NCBI RefSeq assembly: GCF_018350175.1
Contig: NC_058374.1
Coordinates: forward strand, 28,272,001 to 28,336,000
Origin: Felis catus
Taxonomy: Eukaryota
Direction: 5' to 3'
DNA length: 64,000 nucleotides
Part shown: in pieces, positions 1-12,994 of the stretch
Layout: each line of letters starts with the position of its first letter
Numbering within the stretch: the first letter of the stretch is position 1
Made by a program: the position numbers and the translations under genes
Notes under the pieces: generated by a model
Seen by the model: the letters and a program-made list of their open reading frames with translations, nothing else
Databases searched by the model: none
Told to the model about the DNA's origin: nothing

Positions 1-5
1 TAACC

Positions 6-180
6 CACTGGTTTTCAACATGTCCCAGATCAGAATCGCCCAAGGACCTTTACAAAAATGTACGTGCCAGGCCCAGCCCCAAAGATGTGTTCTCAGTTCA
101 CGTGGGGTGGGGCTTGTATGTCAGTAGGTCTTAAGAGCTCCTCAAGGGTTGTAAGGTACAGCCAAGATTAAGCACCCAGC
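6..180. mobile_element. MER5-like hAT-Charlie DNA transposon relic
   Basis: CAcTGGTTTTCAA terminus, ATCAGAATCgCC, GGGGTGGGGC and CAGCCAAGaTT motifs typical of MER5A/B. Confidence 0.6.
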
Positions 181-1336
181 CCTTCCTTAGCAGAGGAAGA
201 GGCAGGAAGAAGCTCACCCCCTGGAGCTCTCAGCTGCCCCTTTACCCTGCAACCCACCGCCTCCCCTGCTTGAAAGAATCCATGTCTAAAGCTGAAAGCA
301 AGTGCTGTCTGTAGACATCCTAGCAAGTCTGCAGAGTGGACTCCATACCAGAGATGGTCATTCAGACATTTGCTGTTAAAGGCCACAGCCTTGCAGGGGA
401 GTCCTGAATCCTCCTTAGTTGCCGATACTTGCTTCCTAGAGTCCCGCGAGAGTACGAGGTGGGGGTGTTAGAATGCCGTGGCCTCCCCTGGGTGGTCTCC
501 CTCCGAACAGGCACTCTCCTTGATGTGCCGTGGGGGTGACTTCAGAAGCCGTACGTAGTCGTGACGAGACAGGAAGTGATGGGCAGGGGCGGCAGCAGGC
601 CCCAGAAGCACTGCTCATCAGGCTCACGGGGTGTATGCAGCCCGGTCTCCGTTCGCAGCCAAAGAGCGTTTTGGAAGGATGGGCGATACCTGTGCGAACC
701 TGCTTCAGCATGTATTTATTTCCTCAATCCTGCCTTCCTCTGCCTGATCAGCGTTCCAAGCAGTTTCAAATTCTGAAATCCTGAGGCCATAGCAGGAGGC
801 CTCCAGGTTGGGCCGTGCCACTTCCTGTTCTGTGTCCTCGTGCTCTCCCTTCCTGCTGTCGTGTCTGGTGGCCTAGAAATAAATATGTGGAAATTCACTT
901 TATGCTCTATGAAAGTGTGCTCATTGTAGTAACGGAGGAGAATTTCCTCTGCTCCCGGAGACTGGAGAGCTTCGTTGTAAGAGGACTTAACAGAGAATTC
1001 AGGGTGAGCTGTGCCTTCCTCCCATCCATTCGCTAATGAGACAGAAAATTGGGGAGCCCTTGCAGGCGACCGTGAGCACATGACATAGGCAAGGAAGGCA
1101 TGTGTGTGGCTCCTGCCTTTTCCCAGCTCCCAGTCTGGTGTGCTGCCCCCAGGGGATCCCAAACGCAAGAATCTGCTAGTATGAAAGGAAAGTCCAGACC
1201 TGACATGATTCGCCCCACGTTCAGGAGCATCGATTCCCTGTGAGGCTTCAGACCGAAAGACTGAAATGTCACTTATCTGACAAAACAGACCATGCGTTCT
1301 GTATACCACTAATGTATCATGAGTTGTGTTCACTAG

Positions 1337-1591
<255 letters not shown>

Positions 1592-1918
1592 TAGTCTCAA
1601 ACCTCAGGCCTTTGGTTTAGGTCCCAACAAAAGAGGCCTCGAAGGTAAAGCCTTCCCAGGGTTTACTGGGAGATCAGCAAACGGGTTTCCAATTATATTC
1701 TACCTCCAGGAGGTGAAGTAGTCCAGTTTGTGTCCCCAGCTTTTAGGTGTCCCGTTCACTGCTGTGGGATGGGTATTCAGGCCTCCACAGTCTTTCCCCA
1801 AAACGCAGTTAAATGCTGAGACAGAGCTGGAAAGTCTACCAGTGAAACAGCAGTGAGTGTGGCAGGAAACGGCTGTAGAAACAGGCCACCGAGCCAGCCT
1901 TGTTACCTTCCCCCATAG

Positions 1919-2195
1919 GAAGATCCTCGGGCCGAAGCCAAGCCGTACGACGTCGCGCGCATGGTGCAGGTGCCCCAGACCACCACCAGCACGGTGCTGG
2001 ACGGGGTGAACATTGGCCGTGGCTATGGCCTGGTAGAAGGGGACGACAGGAGGCAGTTTGAGATCGCCAGTGTCTCTGTGGATGTGTGGCACATCCTAGA
2101 GTTTGACTACAGCCGGCTCCCCAAACAGAGCATCGGGCAGTTCCACGAGGGAGATGCCTATGTGGTCAAGTGGAAGTACATGGTGAGCACCGCAG
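1919..2195 (+). CDS. SVIL: Supervillin coding exon (window exon 2)
   Basis: TAG acceptor 1916-1918, GTCAGT donor 2196; [20 protein letters not shown]...[37 protein letters not shown] with the gelsolin-repeat GQFxxGDxYV motif; phase 0 to 1. Confidence 0.96.
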
Positions 2196-3554
2196 GTCAG
2201 TGAGCACTTCTGTCTTCTTCACACTGACACGGGGCGGCCCCAGCTCTGCGGCTGCGAGTCTAGCACCGCTAGAAGCCGTTCCCTGTGTGCGCCCCTGCCT
2301 TCGGCCGCAGAGAATGTGCCGATCTGACCGTTTGCTTGGAGAACCCCTTAGTAAACTTTATAGATGGATCCCGACGCCCTAGCAGTGCTAAGGAAGGTTG
2401 TGTTTCCTTATAGAAATTAAACATGCACGTTACGGTTTCTCTGCTACCCTCGTTCCCGCCCCCTCCCTGTCCCCAGAGGTTTTCTAGGAAAGTGATGATT
2501 TGCCTCCAAATGATACTTACCATGTGGCTGTCTGCTGCTTAAATTAAAGTCTGAAGTAAAGTATATCTGGATGATTTCGAACTGGAACCAAATGGTGTAG
2601 TTACGCACAAAAGATTTATTAAAAATAAAAGAAGCTGTTTCCTCTGAGGCTGAGAGCACGAACAGGCTTTGTGGATCTGGTAGAATAAATACACAGTCGA
2701 AACTGCGCGTGGTTCCTGTCGGTGAAACGCTCAGCGAAACGGTCCGTTGTATGCTCGGTGCTAGAGGGGGTGAGGGAGGAAAGCCAGTGTGCTTTGGAGA
2801 GAGAACCCCTTCTCCTTGCCAACAAGGAGCCAGTCCTCTGCAGCGTCCCTCCGCCCCACCATTTGGGAGGATTTGTCACAACGCTGTGATTTTGACGTTC
2901 AACTCCTGAGCGTTTCTTCACCCCTTGAAAGCCACTTTGCTGCCAGGGTGTGGCTGCCCTGGAGCTCCAGGGGATGAAGGCTGCTGTCTGCTCATCAGAT
3001 ACCCGCAGACTGAGAACCATATGATTTCCTTCCTAATGTATCAGAAATAAGTCTGCTAATCACCCGGCAGCATTTACTGGAGCACCTACTCTACATACAG
3101 ACACTTATGTTAGGAGCTAAGTAAATATGTCAGACCCTACCTTCCGAAAGCACATAATAAATGACAGTAAGGCAAGTGCGGGAAGAGGCAAGCCCGTCAT
3201 TCCGGAGGAGAGCCGGGGTCTCTGAGATTGACTCTGCTGCTTTGGGAGAAGCCCAGCACACCGCCCTGTGGGCAGCCAGTGTGGGGCATCGCCGGGCAGG
3301 GCAGGAGGCAGTCTTGCCCAGAGCTGTCCGGGGTGCTGCGGGCCCGAGGGTCCACATAGCCCAGGAGGCACAGCACTGGGGGTTCTGCTGCACACTCGAG
3401 TTGAGTGCCTCCCAGTGGCTCTGGGACGTATTACGTCATGATGCCAATTTCTCAGTGAGGAACAGGACACCACAGTTGTTACCTGTCTGAAGTCACCCAG
3501 CTAGGAGAGACCAGATTAGGACACTGAAAGCCCCTTTCCCTTTCATAAGGAGGC

Positions 3555-3770
3555 CATGTGGCTGGGGGAAAAGGGCACAGGCCCGGGGACCGTGCAGCCT
3601 GGGTCTGAATCTTCTCTCAGGCCCTACGTACCAGCCATGCAAGGTGGGTGAAGGGACGTAACCTGTCTGAGCCTCGGTCTGATGATGATGCCCCGCTCAG
3701 AGATTATTATAATCTGGTAGGTGTCCAATTTAGCACAGGGCCTGGCACATGCTCACAAGGTACGGGAAAG
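3555..3770 (+). mobile_element. MIR SINE
   Basis: CCTGGGTcTGAATC...AACCTgTCTGAGCCTC...TTAGCACAGgGCCTGGCACAT. Confidence 0.7.
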
Positions 3771-4854
3771 AATCGTCACTGATGCCCTCAGCCCCGAAAG
3801 CAAAATTGCTGTATTTACCTTGAAGATGAGATAACATGAGTCTCCCCCAAAATAAGCGTCCTTCCCAAAGAGTCGCTATGGCGAGTCTCCGCTCCTCGGG
3901 GTGGTGCAGTTGTCCAGCTGCAGTAACCATCCGTGCCACATGTTGGCAATGAAGGCAGTAAGAGGGCACTTGGCGGGTGGGAATCCACTAACCTTCGGTG
4001 TTGTGCAGCAGGGAACGTTAAGGACCAGCTTTGAAAGCATACATAGCTCCCCTTCCTTAAATACAGAGAGGAAACTGCATGTTTTACAAAACAAGACAAA
4101 GGGGCAATAGAATTTGAAATTCACTCATCTCCCTACCTGAGCTGTTAGTTATAAAAAGAAGTAATAGGAAATAAATGAATAAAACGATATCGACATGAAT
4201 TAATTAAAAAAAAAGTAATCAGATTTCTGAGGCCTTCATAGACTACTCTGCTGGAGGCCGCCTAAGAAGTAATGATTTGGCCCAGGAAAGTACTTTCTGT
4301 GTTTCTTCCAGTAAACACAGGGCACATCTCGCAGCCAGCTCCAGCAGCATCGTTATGAGCAAAGTTACAGCTTTGAAGGAGTCCAGCTGCAGAGCATTAA
4401 GTCAGAGCAGGGAGCATTCCGATTCCAGACGGTCCCTCTGGGAGCAGAGAAGCATAGCACAATGGCATTAACAGTGGCCCCTCGGTGACCACAGTCTAGC
4501 TCCTCATCACTCCCACTCCACAGCTGCACGTGCAAACAGGACATAGAACTTGGAGCTCGGGAAGCTCTTCTGGGACAAGGTCAGCAGACACCAGCAGCTG
4601 TAGAAACAGTACAGCCGTCCTCTTGGTGGACACTAGCCAGGTGCACAGGTGCACAGAGAAGCTCCTGGAGAAGCGAACCGGGGCTCCAGGGAAGGGAGAC
4701 CGGAGGCCGCAGTGGGCAGTAAATGGGGTTCTGTAGCAGGACCGCTTGACCCTGAGCAGTTCTTCAAACCGTGGTTCCCTGTTACTCCTAAACACGACGA
4801 CTGGTCACAAACGTCCTCTTGACAGTATTTTTAGACATAATGCATGAACACCTA

Positions 4855-5055
4855 ATTTTTTTTAAGTTTACTTATTTATTTTAATGGGAGGGTGCATGGG
4901 GGCAGAGAAAGAGAGAGGGAGAGAGAGAATCCAAAGCAGGTTCTGCCCTGTCAGCACAGAGCCCGACATGGGGCTCAATCTCACGACTGTGAGATCATGA
5001 CCTGAGCCAAACTGAAGAGTCAGACAGTCAACCGACTGAGCCACCCAGGCACCCC
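4855..5055 (-). mobile_element. Feline CAN-SINE (older subfamily)
   Basis: T-tail, (GA)n, ...GAGCCACCCAGGCACCCC; degenerate TSD catgaacacctaa/catcaacactttaa. Confidence 0.92.
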
Positions 5056-5108
5056 CATCAACACTTTAAATTAGCCATCTGATCAAGGCTATTTAAGGTT
5101 ACAGTCGG

Positions 5109-5335
5109 GGGGCGCCTGGATGGCTCAGTGGGTAAAGCGTCAGACTTCGGCTCAGGTCATGATCTCATTGGTTCATGTTGAGCCCCACTTTGGGCTCTGT
5201 GCTGACAGCTCAGAGCCTGGAGCCTGCTTCAGATTCTGTGTCTTCTCTCTCTCTCTGCCCCCCCCCCCCCCACACTTGTGCTCAGTCTCCCTGTCTCTCA
5301 AAAATAAATAAACATTAAAAAAAATTTAAAAGTGA
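5109..5335 (+). mobile_element. Feline CAN-SINE
   Basis: GGGGCGCCTGGaTGGCTCAG head, CT-rich tract, AATAAA/A tail; TSD aaggttacagtc/aaggtcacagtc. Confidence 0.93.
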
Positions 5336-5808
5336 AATAAAGGTCACAGTCTGTAAATTCCTACTGATGAAGGTTTAATCTTTACTTTGCTAAAATTAAA
5401 AATAGATGAACTAACAATTAAGTTGTATATAGTAATAAATTTGTGCATATTGAAGAAAATTGCTGAAAACTATTATGAGATATTTTAAGGAAATAATTCT
5501 ATTTTAGATATATATACTGAAGTCCACATTAGAATGTTAGATGGTAAAACACTGGTTATTTAAGCCTGAATATATATTTATAAAATGTACTTAAGTGCTA
5601 ACAGATTTCAAGATATATATCAACTTCTGTGACCTGTTTTAAGCACATCTTTCCCCAGCTGACATGACTAATTTTCACTACTTTGAAGAGTGGGATTGCT
5701 AATCAAAGACAAACTTTTGTTCTATCTAAATTAGCAGAAATTTCAATGGAGTGGCTTCCAAACTAATTGTGAATATGCATAGCCTATCCATTAAAAATAC
5801 ACAAACTT

Positions 5809-5950
5809 CAAGTGCCTGGGTGGCTCAGTCCGTTAAGCATCCAACTCTCAACCTCTTTCTCTGCCCCTCCCCCTCCTCGATGCGTGTGCACGCGTGTGCT
5901 CTCGCGCTCACTCGCGCTCTCTCTCTTTCTCAAAATGAACATTTAATAAA
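5809..5950 (+). mobile_element. CAN-SINE with internal deletion
   Basis: Head GCCTGGGTGGCTCAGTCcGTTAAGCATCCAACTCT joins directly to the CT tract; TSD aaaatacacaaactt/aagatacaccaactt. Confidence 0.85.
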
Positions 5951-6329
5951 AGATACACCAACTTGACCAGTTCAGGTCCACAAAAGATGGCACTAAATGT
6001 TGTGCTTAACCAAAGCACTATCAAGAATAATTATGATCATTTATGGAAACTATATATACAGTACTTTGCTAAAAGGCCAAAAAATCAAATAAATATGACC
6101 CTGGCCTCTTGAGAACTTAAAATAAATGAGCTTTCTTCTTACCTTCAAACCTCAAGATAACTGTGATTTTGTAAATGGGACTGGCGCTGGGAAAAACTGG
6201 GTTAACAGAGAACCAGAGAACCTAGTTATTATCTTTAATTTTCAACAAGCGTGGGTGTTAAAACCTGCGTTCTCCCACTGTTGCCCATCACTTTCTGGGA
6301 CCACCCAAGCAGGCATCTGAGGGTAACAG

Positions 6330-6627
6330 CTCAGTCTCCTGACCTCATTCGTTCCAGAAGGGTCTGCCTGCAAGTCCCTGTCACCTTGTCATTGTCACCT
6401 CCTCGGAGAGGCCTTCCTTCAACAGGGAATCCTATTAGCACTCACCCTGCCCCGTGTCACAGCCCCGTCTGTCATCCTCAGAGCACTTATCAACCGTCTG
6501 AAACTGTCTTGCTCATGTCTGTTAGGATGAAAGCAGGGGGGCCGTCTTCTCATTATAGCTCTGGTGTCCCGAGGAGGCCCCGGACACACTGTGGGTGCTC
6601 GGTGAGCGGTTGTTGAATGAACGAGAG
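6330..6627 (+). mobile_element. L2 LINE 3' fragment
   Basis: CACCTCCTCgGAGAGGCCTTCC and terminal GGTGCTC...TTGTTGAATGAA. Confidence 0.6.
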
Positions 6628-7373
6628 GAGACCGGAGTGCGGTATATACCGAAAAGTAGCGAGCTGAGGTCTGAAATACGGCCTTTTCAAAATGGCCACT
6701 TGGCCAATTAGCTTCCCGTGCCTGCTCTTGGGTGAGACCTGTGAGCCGGGTGCTGCTAATGCAAGTGCCTGTGAGGTGCCAGGCGGTAAGGACAACCAGC
6801 ACTGAATCCTGGCTATGGACCCAGCGACAGATAGTATTGAAATCCCAGATTATTTTATAAAAGCGGTATGTCAGCAATAGATCTCTTCCATTTCTGACGG
6901 AATGTGGAAACTCCAGAGTGTGTTTTCACTAGAATCGTTTTAGCAGACTAAATTTTCCCTTTGTACTTAAAGCTAGCCCAGCTGTTGCTTTCAATATCTT
7001 TTCTCTACCAGCTAATCTTCAGCCAAAAAAAATGGCGTAAGACGGAAAATGTATTTCTGTCTTTGGGAACCGTTGGTCCTGCTCTGGCAGTCGCCCGCGC
7101 TCTCTGTCACACACTTGGAGTGATCCGCCGCCTTCCTGGAGGATGACAGGTGTTTTTCCTAGGGCGTCGAGAAGGCTAGATCATTTTTCGCCAATTTGGA
7201 GGCTCGGGATCAGTTACCGGAAGAAAGGTGGTTTTTCTCCTCAGCCCCGTGCCCCAAAGCTTTTTGTCTTCCCTCTTTGTCCTCACAGAGCCCGGAGAAG
7301 AAAGCCATACATTTGCCCCTCTTTTGGCCTATCAGCTGTTTACCCTGCCCTCGCGGGTTCTTTGTGTTTGCAG

Positions 7374-7525
7374 TGGGAAGTCGACAGAAGGGAGAGCATC
7401 CGGCAAGGGTGGCTGGCAAAGAGAAGTGTGTCTACTTCTTCTGGCAAGGTCGGCAGTCGACCGTGAGCGAGAAGGGCACGTCGGCTCTGATGACGGTGGA
7501 GCTGGACGAGGAGAGGGGTGCCCAG
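7374..7525 (+). CDS. SVIL: Supervillin coding exon (window exon 3)
   Basis: TTTGCAG acceptor, GTGAGT donor 7526; [51 protein letters not shown]; phase 1 to 0. Confidence 0.96.
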
Positions 7526-7749
7526 GTGAGTGCTGGCAAGCAGCCGAACGAGAGAACCGTCCTTCCTGGGGAGCCACAGGGTGCGCGGCCTGGTCCCCTG
7601 AAGACCCCCGACGACCCCCGACTTCTCGTGGACAAAGACGGCATCGCACAAGTGACTTTTGGTTCTGGTCTGGCTTCTCCAGACTACAGGCTGGGCCTCC
7701 CCTCTCCCCTCCCCACTCGCAGGTCAGGAGTAACATGCGCTTCCACGAG

Positions 7750-8085
7750 ATGTTGTATCTGTAAATAGCGAATCCATAAGACAGGTACCAGGCGCCAAGG
7801 GAGGGTTTGGTGTTTTTAAGTTTCCACTTAACTGATATTCAAGGAGTTATAAATAAAACCAAGAGATGCTGTTTTCCACTTCTAAAATTGGTAGGGATTT
7901 TGTAAAGAACGGCTCCAGGGTGGGTAAGGATTCAGTAGGATGCCTCCACTGGGAAGTGTAGCTTGAAACAGCCATCCTGAAAAGCAGTTTGGCTCAAGAA
8001 CCTTAAAATTCTCCTAAACTTTGATCAGTTATTCCACCTACACAAATCTCTCCGAAGGAAATACCAGAGATTAATGTAAAAATGA
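7750..8085 (+). mobile_element. Old L1M fragment
   Basis: ORF2-end-like motifs GGGAAGTGTA...CAGCCATcCTGAAAAGCAGTTTGGC...TTGATCAGTTATTCCAC. Confidence 0.55.
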
Positions 8086-8094
8086 GTATTCTTA

Positions 8095-8655
8095 TCTGTT
8101 TTCTCATCTGCATTCCTCCCAGCAGCCCGAGTGATTTTTCGGGAACACGTCGGACCGTGTCATTCCCTTGCTCTCCAAACCGGTGTCCCGGTGATCTGCC
8201 AGCACCTTCGTGGTTGGCCCTGAACACCTCTCCCACCTCCCCCTGGCTTTCTAGCCTTTTGCCACTCCTGAGACACACAGACTTCTTTCCTCCCACCCCA
8301 GGGCCTTTGTGCAATTTCCTGTCTGGAACATTTCCCCCGTATCCATAAGTAACTTTCAACTTCATATAATCCAGGTTTCTGTTCCAGTGTCACCTGTTTT
8401 ATCCAAATTCCTCCCCATTCTCCGTCCCTCTGCTGAGCTTTATTTTTTTTTTATAGCACTTACTATTATCACTACTTAAAACCACTTCATAGTCATTTGT
8501 CATTTCATTTATATTTTGTAGACATTGCGTTTACTTACTTGTTATCCCTCTTTCCCTAGAAAGTATGAAAGAGACCTTGTGTGCTGGTCTTTATCCGCCA
8601 TTATAACCCCAGGGCCTGTATCATGCCCTGGGGCCAAGGTTTTGTGAACATTTCT
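8095..8655 (+). mobile_element. L2 LINE fragment
   Basis: CCCAGGGCCTTTG...CTGTCTGGAACA and CCCCAGGGCCTG motifs of the L2 3' region. Confidence 0.55.
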
Positions 8656-9823
8656 TTTTGCTGTTTGGATTACCTTTGCCTGGGGTCCCATCCTTTAGTA
8701 ATGAAGAGTTGACTGTAAGGTTTTGGGAAAGCATGATACCACGGGCAGGTATCTTCACTACCTTGGAGGAGTAGTTAACAATAGCATGAGGGAGGAGAAC
8801 AGAGGAATTTTCTCCGAAACAGATTAATGTTCACCTAGCCTTCTAGATTCCTAAGAACCAATCCTGTTCCCTAAAAAAATACTTAATACACATTTTCTAC
8901 TATAGACTATACAATAATTGAAAATAACTGTTAGTGGCCATTGCATTTTAATTTATCCCTAATAGTGGGCAATTTCAACTGCCTTTATTTTTGTAAAGGC
9001 CATGTTTCAATCGTGGCTGCAAAATCACCCTTAGAATTTTGAGTCTTAATCTCTCTAGTCTGAGCATTCCACTTTTTATCAAGCCAGTGGATGTAAAAAC
9101 ACTTCAGACATATAAAACGCTGCCACAAAATGGCGCTTAATTACGTAAAGTTGGCCCTGAGGTTGATCTGTTAACTCCTGGTGGGAAATGCTTCCTACCT
9201 TTTGGGTTTGCCCCGACTTCCAGGCTGAATAAACAATTTCCTCGTGAAGGGAAAATGTCTAGCCAAAGTGAGAGTGAGTGGAGTCAACCCTAACAGTTTT
9301 ATGAGCAGCTAACACAGTGCTTCCCAGGCGAAGGGGAGGCTGGTCCGCAGGAGCAGTGTTCCATGAGTGGACTATTGGAATGGTTGCAAAAGAGACAGTT
9401 CTCCCCTCCCGCCCCCGCCCCTGAGTCACTAAGTGATCAGTCGGTCTCACCGCTGAGAGGTAGACTTTGTTTCAAACTTGTTTAGATCAATCATGCTACA
9501 TCTATACCACAGAATACCACTAAAATATCAAAACTTGTGTTTCCAAAGTCTTTGACGGCAAAACATCAAGTGAATAAAATCGGGTATTAAGTAACAAAGG
9601 ACAACAATCCTACTTTTGTCTGGGAAAGACACATACCTGAAAGATACTTTGAAAGGAAAGCTGTACCCTAGACCTTTCACAGTGGTTATCTTTAGACACA
9701 ACAGTAGTGTCACTGGTGTTTGTGGGCACTTCTCGCTGTTTTTCAGAGTTTCTACTGGGCAGGTATTCTTTTTAAGACTTTGAAAACCTGTACGTGTTAC
9801 TTACTGGAATGTGTTTCCATTGA

Positions 9824-9955
<132 letters not shown>

Positions 9956-10415
9956 TAAGATTCGTTTCCCTCTCCTAGAAGGTGTTTTCACACTGGAGGT
10001 GGGGGGGGTGGGTATTAAAGTAAGTCTCCCTTTATATAGCTGTGTCTTCACCCCTGAAAGCCTTGTCACGTTTGCCTTACAAATCAGCCTTATGGGGAGC
10101 TCATACCCCCCCCCCCCCCCGTGGCGTTTACCTTAGGATACATAGGACTCTGTATGCAGGAGTCTGGGAGATTACTTCCCCTTAAACTGAATCCCCACAG
10201 TGACTCTGTCTCTCTTTTCAAGAGGGGAGGAAAATTCAGTGGGTCATCTATTATAAATTGGATGCTGGCCAACAAAAATCTCTTAATTTATAGAATAGAT
10301 TTATAAAAAAAAATAAAATAAAAAGAATTCTTAGCTTCAGAGCCTCTCAAAATATGCCTGTTATGTGATTTACCTGAGTATTTATAAGATACTCAGTATT
10401 TGTAAGTATTTGTAA

Positions 10416-10847
<432 letters not shown>

Positions 10848-11761
10848 TGAGTGTTGTGTGTGAGGGCATCTCCCAGAAGGGGCTTCCCCGTGGGACGCCG
10901 GCTGAGGCGGGAAGGATCCCCAGGGTCGCCAGTAGAAGCCCGGGTGTACTTCAAGTGACTTCAGCAGGGGGTGGGTATGAACGTGGTTGGGGGCCTCTGA
11001 CATGCCAAGTGGCCGTGACACACATCTCGCTTCAAGCTGCCCGCGGGAGGGCTTCCCCCACCTTCTGAGGATGTACCTGCCTCGATGAAAGGCAGAGTGA
11101 GGAGGGAGGGAAGTGCCCCCAACGAGTGCCGTCATTTCTTTCACGGGTATGATTTTGAATTAAAAGCCTGGAGGCCTTTGGTATTTGAAGAGAGCAAATT
11201 TCAAATATCGTTTAGGGGTTCAACATTTCAGTTTTGCCAGAGCAGTGGAAAGTTAGGAAGCGTTTAGCTAAAGAAAAGTCTGGGAGACCACCAACTGTGT
11301 CAGACTATAAGATGTCCCCTTTCCAGAGGACAACCGTATGCCTGCATTTGCCCCTGAGTCGCTGGACCGCCAGCTAGGCAGGGGATGCCTGGCGTTTCCT
11401 CAGGCTGTCACCTGGGAGGACACTGGTAACATGTGAACAGTAGAAGCGAAGCGTTTCCAGGGCCACGGCATGCCACCGAAGGGTAATCTGGTCAAATCCG
11501 TTCTCTGGGCACCACAGCGGTGCGGGGCGGGCATCCTTCCCCTGGGATGGCTCTCGAACCTACCGCACCGAGGAGAGGGCGGAGAGAACGCAGGCCAGTG
11601 CCCTGTCAACAGGCAGACGGCCGGGAAGCAAAACGTCTCATCTCGAAACGCTGTTCTGTGTGCCAGCGAGTGGGGAGGGGTGATGGCTGACCTTCGGCGA
11701 GGTATCCAAAGGCATCACTGGCCCGCTGGATTTTCCCCTTGGACCACTGGGAAAAAACAGA

Positions 11762-11905
11762 ACGATGAACTCATTCGCTCTGCAGGTATTCACTGATCAC
11801 GTACTTGGTGCCAAGCACAGATTTAGGGGCCAGGGTCTTGCAAGTGAACTAACCTAAGTCTCCGTCCCCATGACGCTTATGTTCTAGCAAGAGAGGACAA
11901 GGAAT
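11762..11905 (-). mobile_element. L2 3' fragment
   Basis: CATTC...TATTcACTGAtCAC.TACT.GTGCCAAGCAC...CTTATGTTCTAG. Confidence 0.55.
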
Positions 11906-12200
11906 AGTTAATATGTATGTTGTATATAAAAACGTGATCACTTTCATTGCAACTTGTATGTAATTATACATTCTTCTCTAAGGGCCAAGCCAGTCCCTCT
12001 CATTGGCCCCCCCCCCCCACCACACACACACACACATTCATAAACCACGGAGCATGTTTTAATTCATTAGTAAGAATTATTTTAGGAAGAAGAGAGATGG
12101 TGAACTGATCTGCAGATTTAGTCTTGAATAATTCCATACTGCCAACACTTCCAGGCTTGAAACAAACAAACAAACAAACTACTGGATTTTCTCCGTGCAG

Positions 12201-12334
12201 ATGTCCCCTGGAAGCCGGACTGCATAGTAGCAGTAAAGTGACAATACATGAGTGCGATGAAGGATCGGAGCCCCTGGGATTCTGGGACGCTTTAGGAAGG
12301 AGAGACAGGAAAGCCTACGACTGCATGCTTCAAG
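12201..12334 (+). CDS. SVIL: Supervillin coding exon (window exon 6)
   Basis: CAG acceptor, GTAATC donor 12335; [44 protein letters not shown] with the EGxEPxxFW motif; phase 2 to 1. Confidence 0.96.
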
Positions 12335-12994
12335 GTAATCCAACATTCCGTAGCTTTCCATCACTAATTTCGTCAGTACATATTTACTGAGCACATACTA
12401 TGCACAACACCCAGTGAATCACACCTAGGCTAGGTCCTCCCAGGCCTACAATGCAGTAAGGGAGCTAAATAATACACAGCTAAGCATAATGCCAAATAAA
12501 ACTTTGGTGTGTCACGAAAGAGGTACGAATGAAGGAAGCTGAGAGTTAAAAGAAAGAGTAGTTGCACCAGGAAAATCACACGACATTTACACAGAGCCTC
12601 AGAGGGAAGCATGACCTGAAGAGACGGAGGGAGAGAAGCGAATTCCAGGAAACCAGAGGGACAGTGACACAACGTGACCCTATGGCACGAGACGCTTTCG
12701 GTCTGGCCAGCATCCTGTGTGCAGGGACCTAACAGAGTTCAGATTAGAGAATAGGTCGGTTTTGTATTAAATACACAAAACACAGATCAACTTAACGTAC
12801 AGATTAACACAGAGGGAAAGCTAACAAGTATTAGGCAGGTTAGGATGAGACAGACACCGCCTAAGCACCTGATCTGCCTTAACTCAACGCTCACCACCTA
12901 ACGCCACCGTGTTTGTTCTGATGAGGAAACTGAGGCACAGCGAACTTCATCAGCTTGCCCAAGGTTGGACCACAGTGGGGTATACTCATCTCAG

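Noticed and set aside
5109-5200. tRNA-like A/B box sequences in SINE heads
   Set aside because: These are the tRNA-derived heads of CAN-SINEs, not tRNA genes
7196-7768. 190-aa ORF and overlapping ORFs in several frames
   Set aside because: Only 7374-7525 is a real exon; the rest is read-through into GC-rich intron
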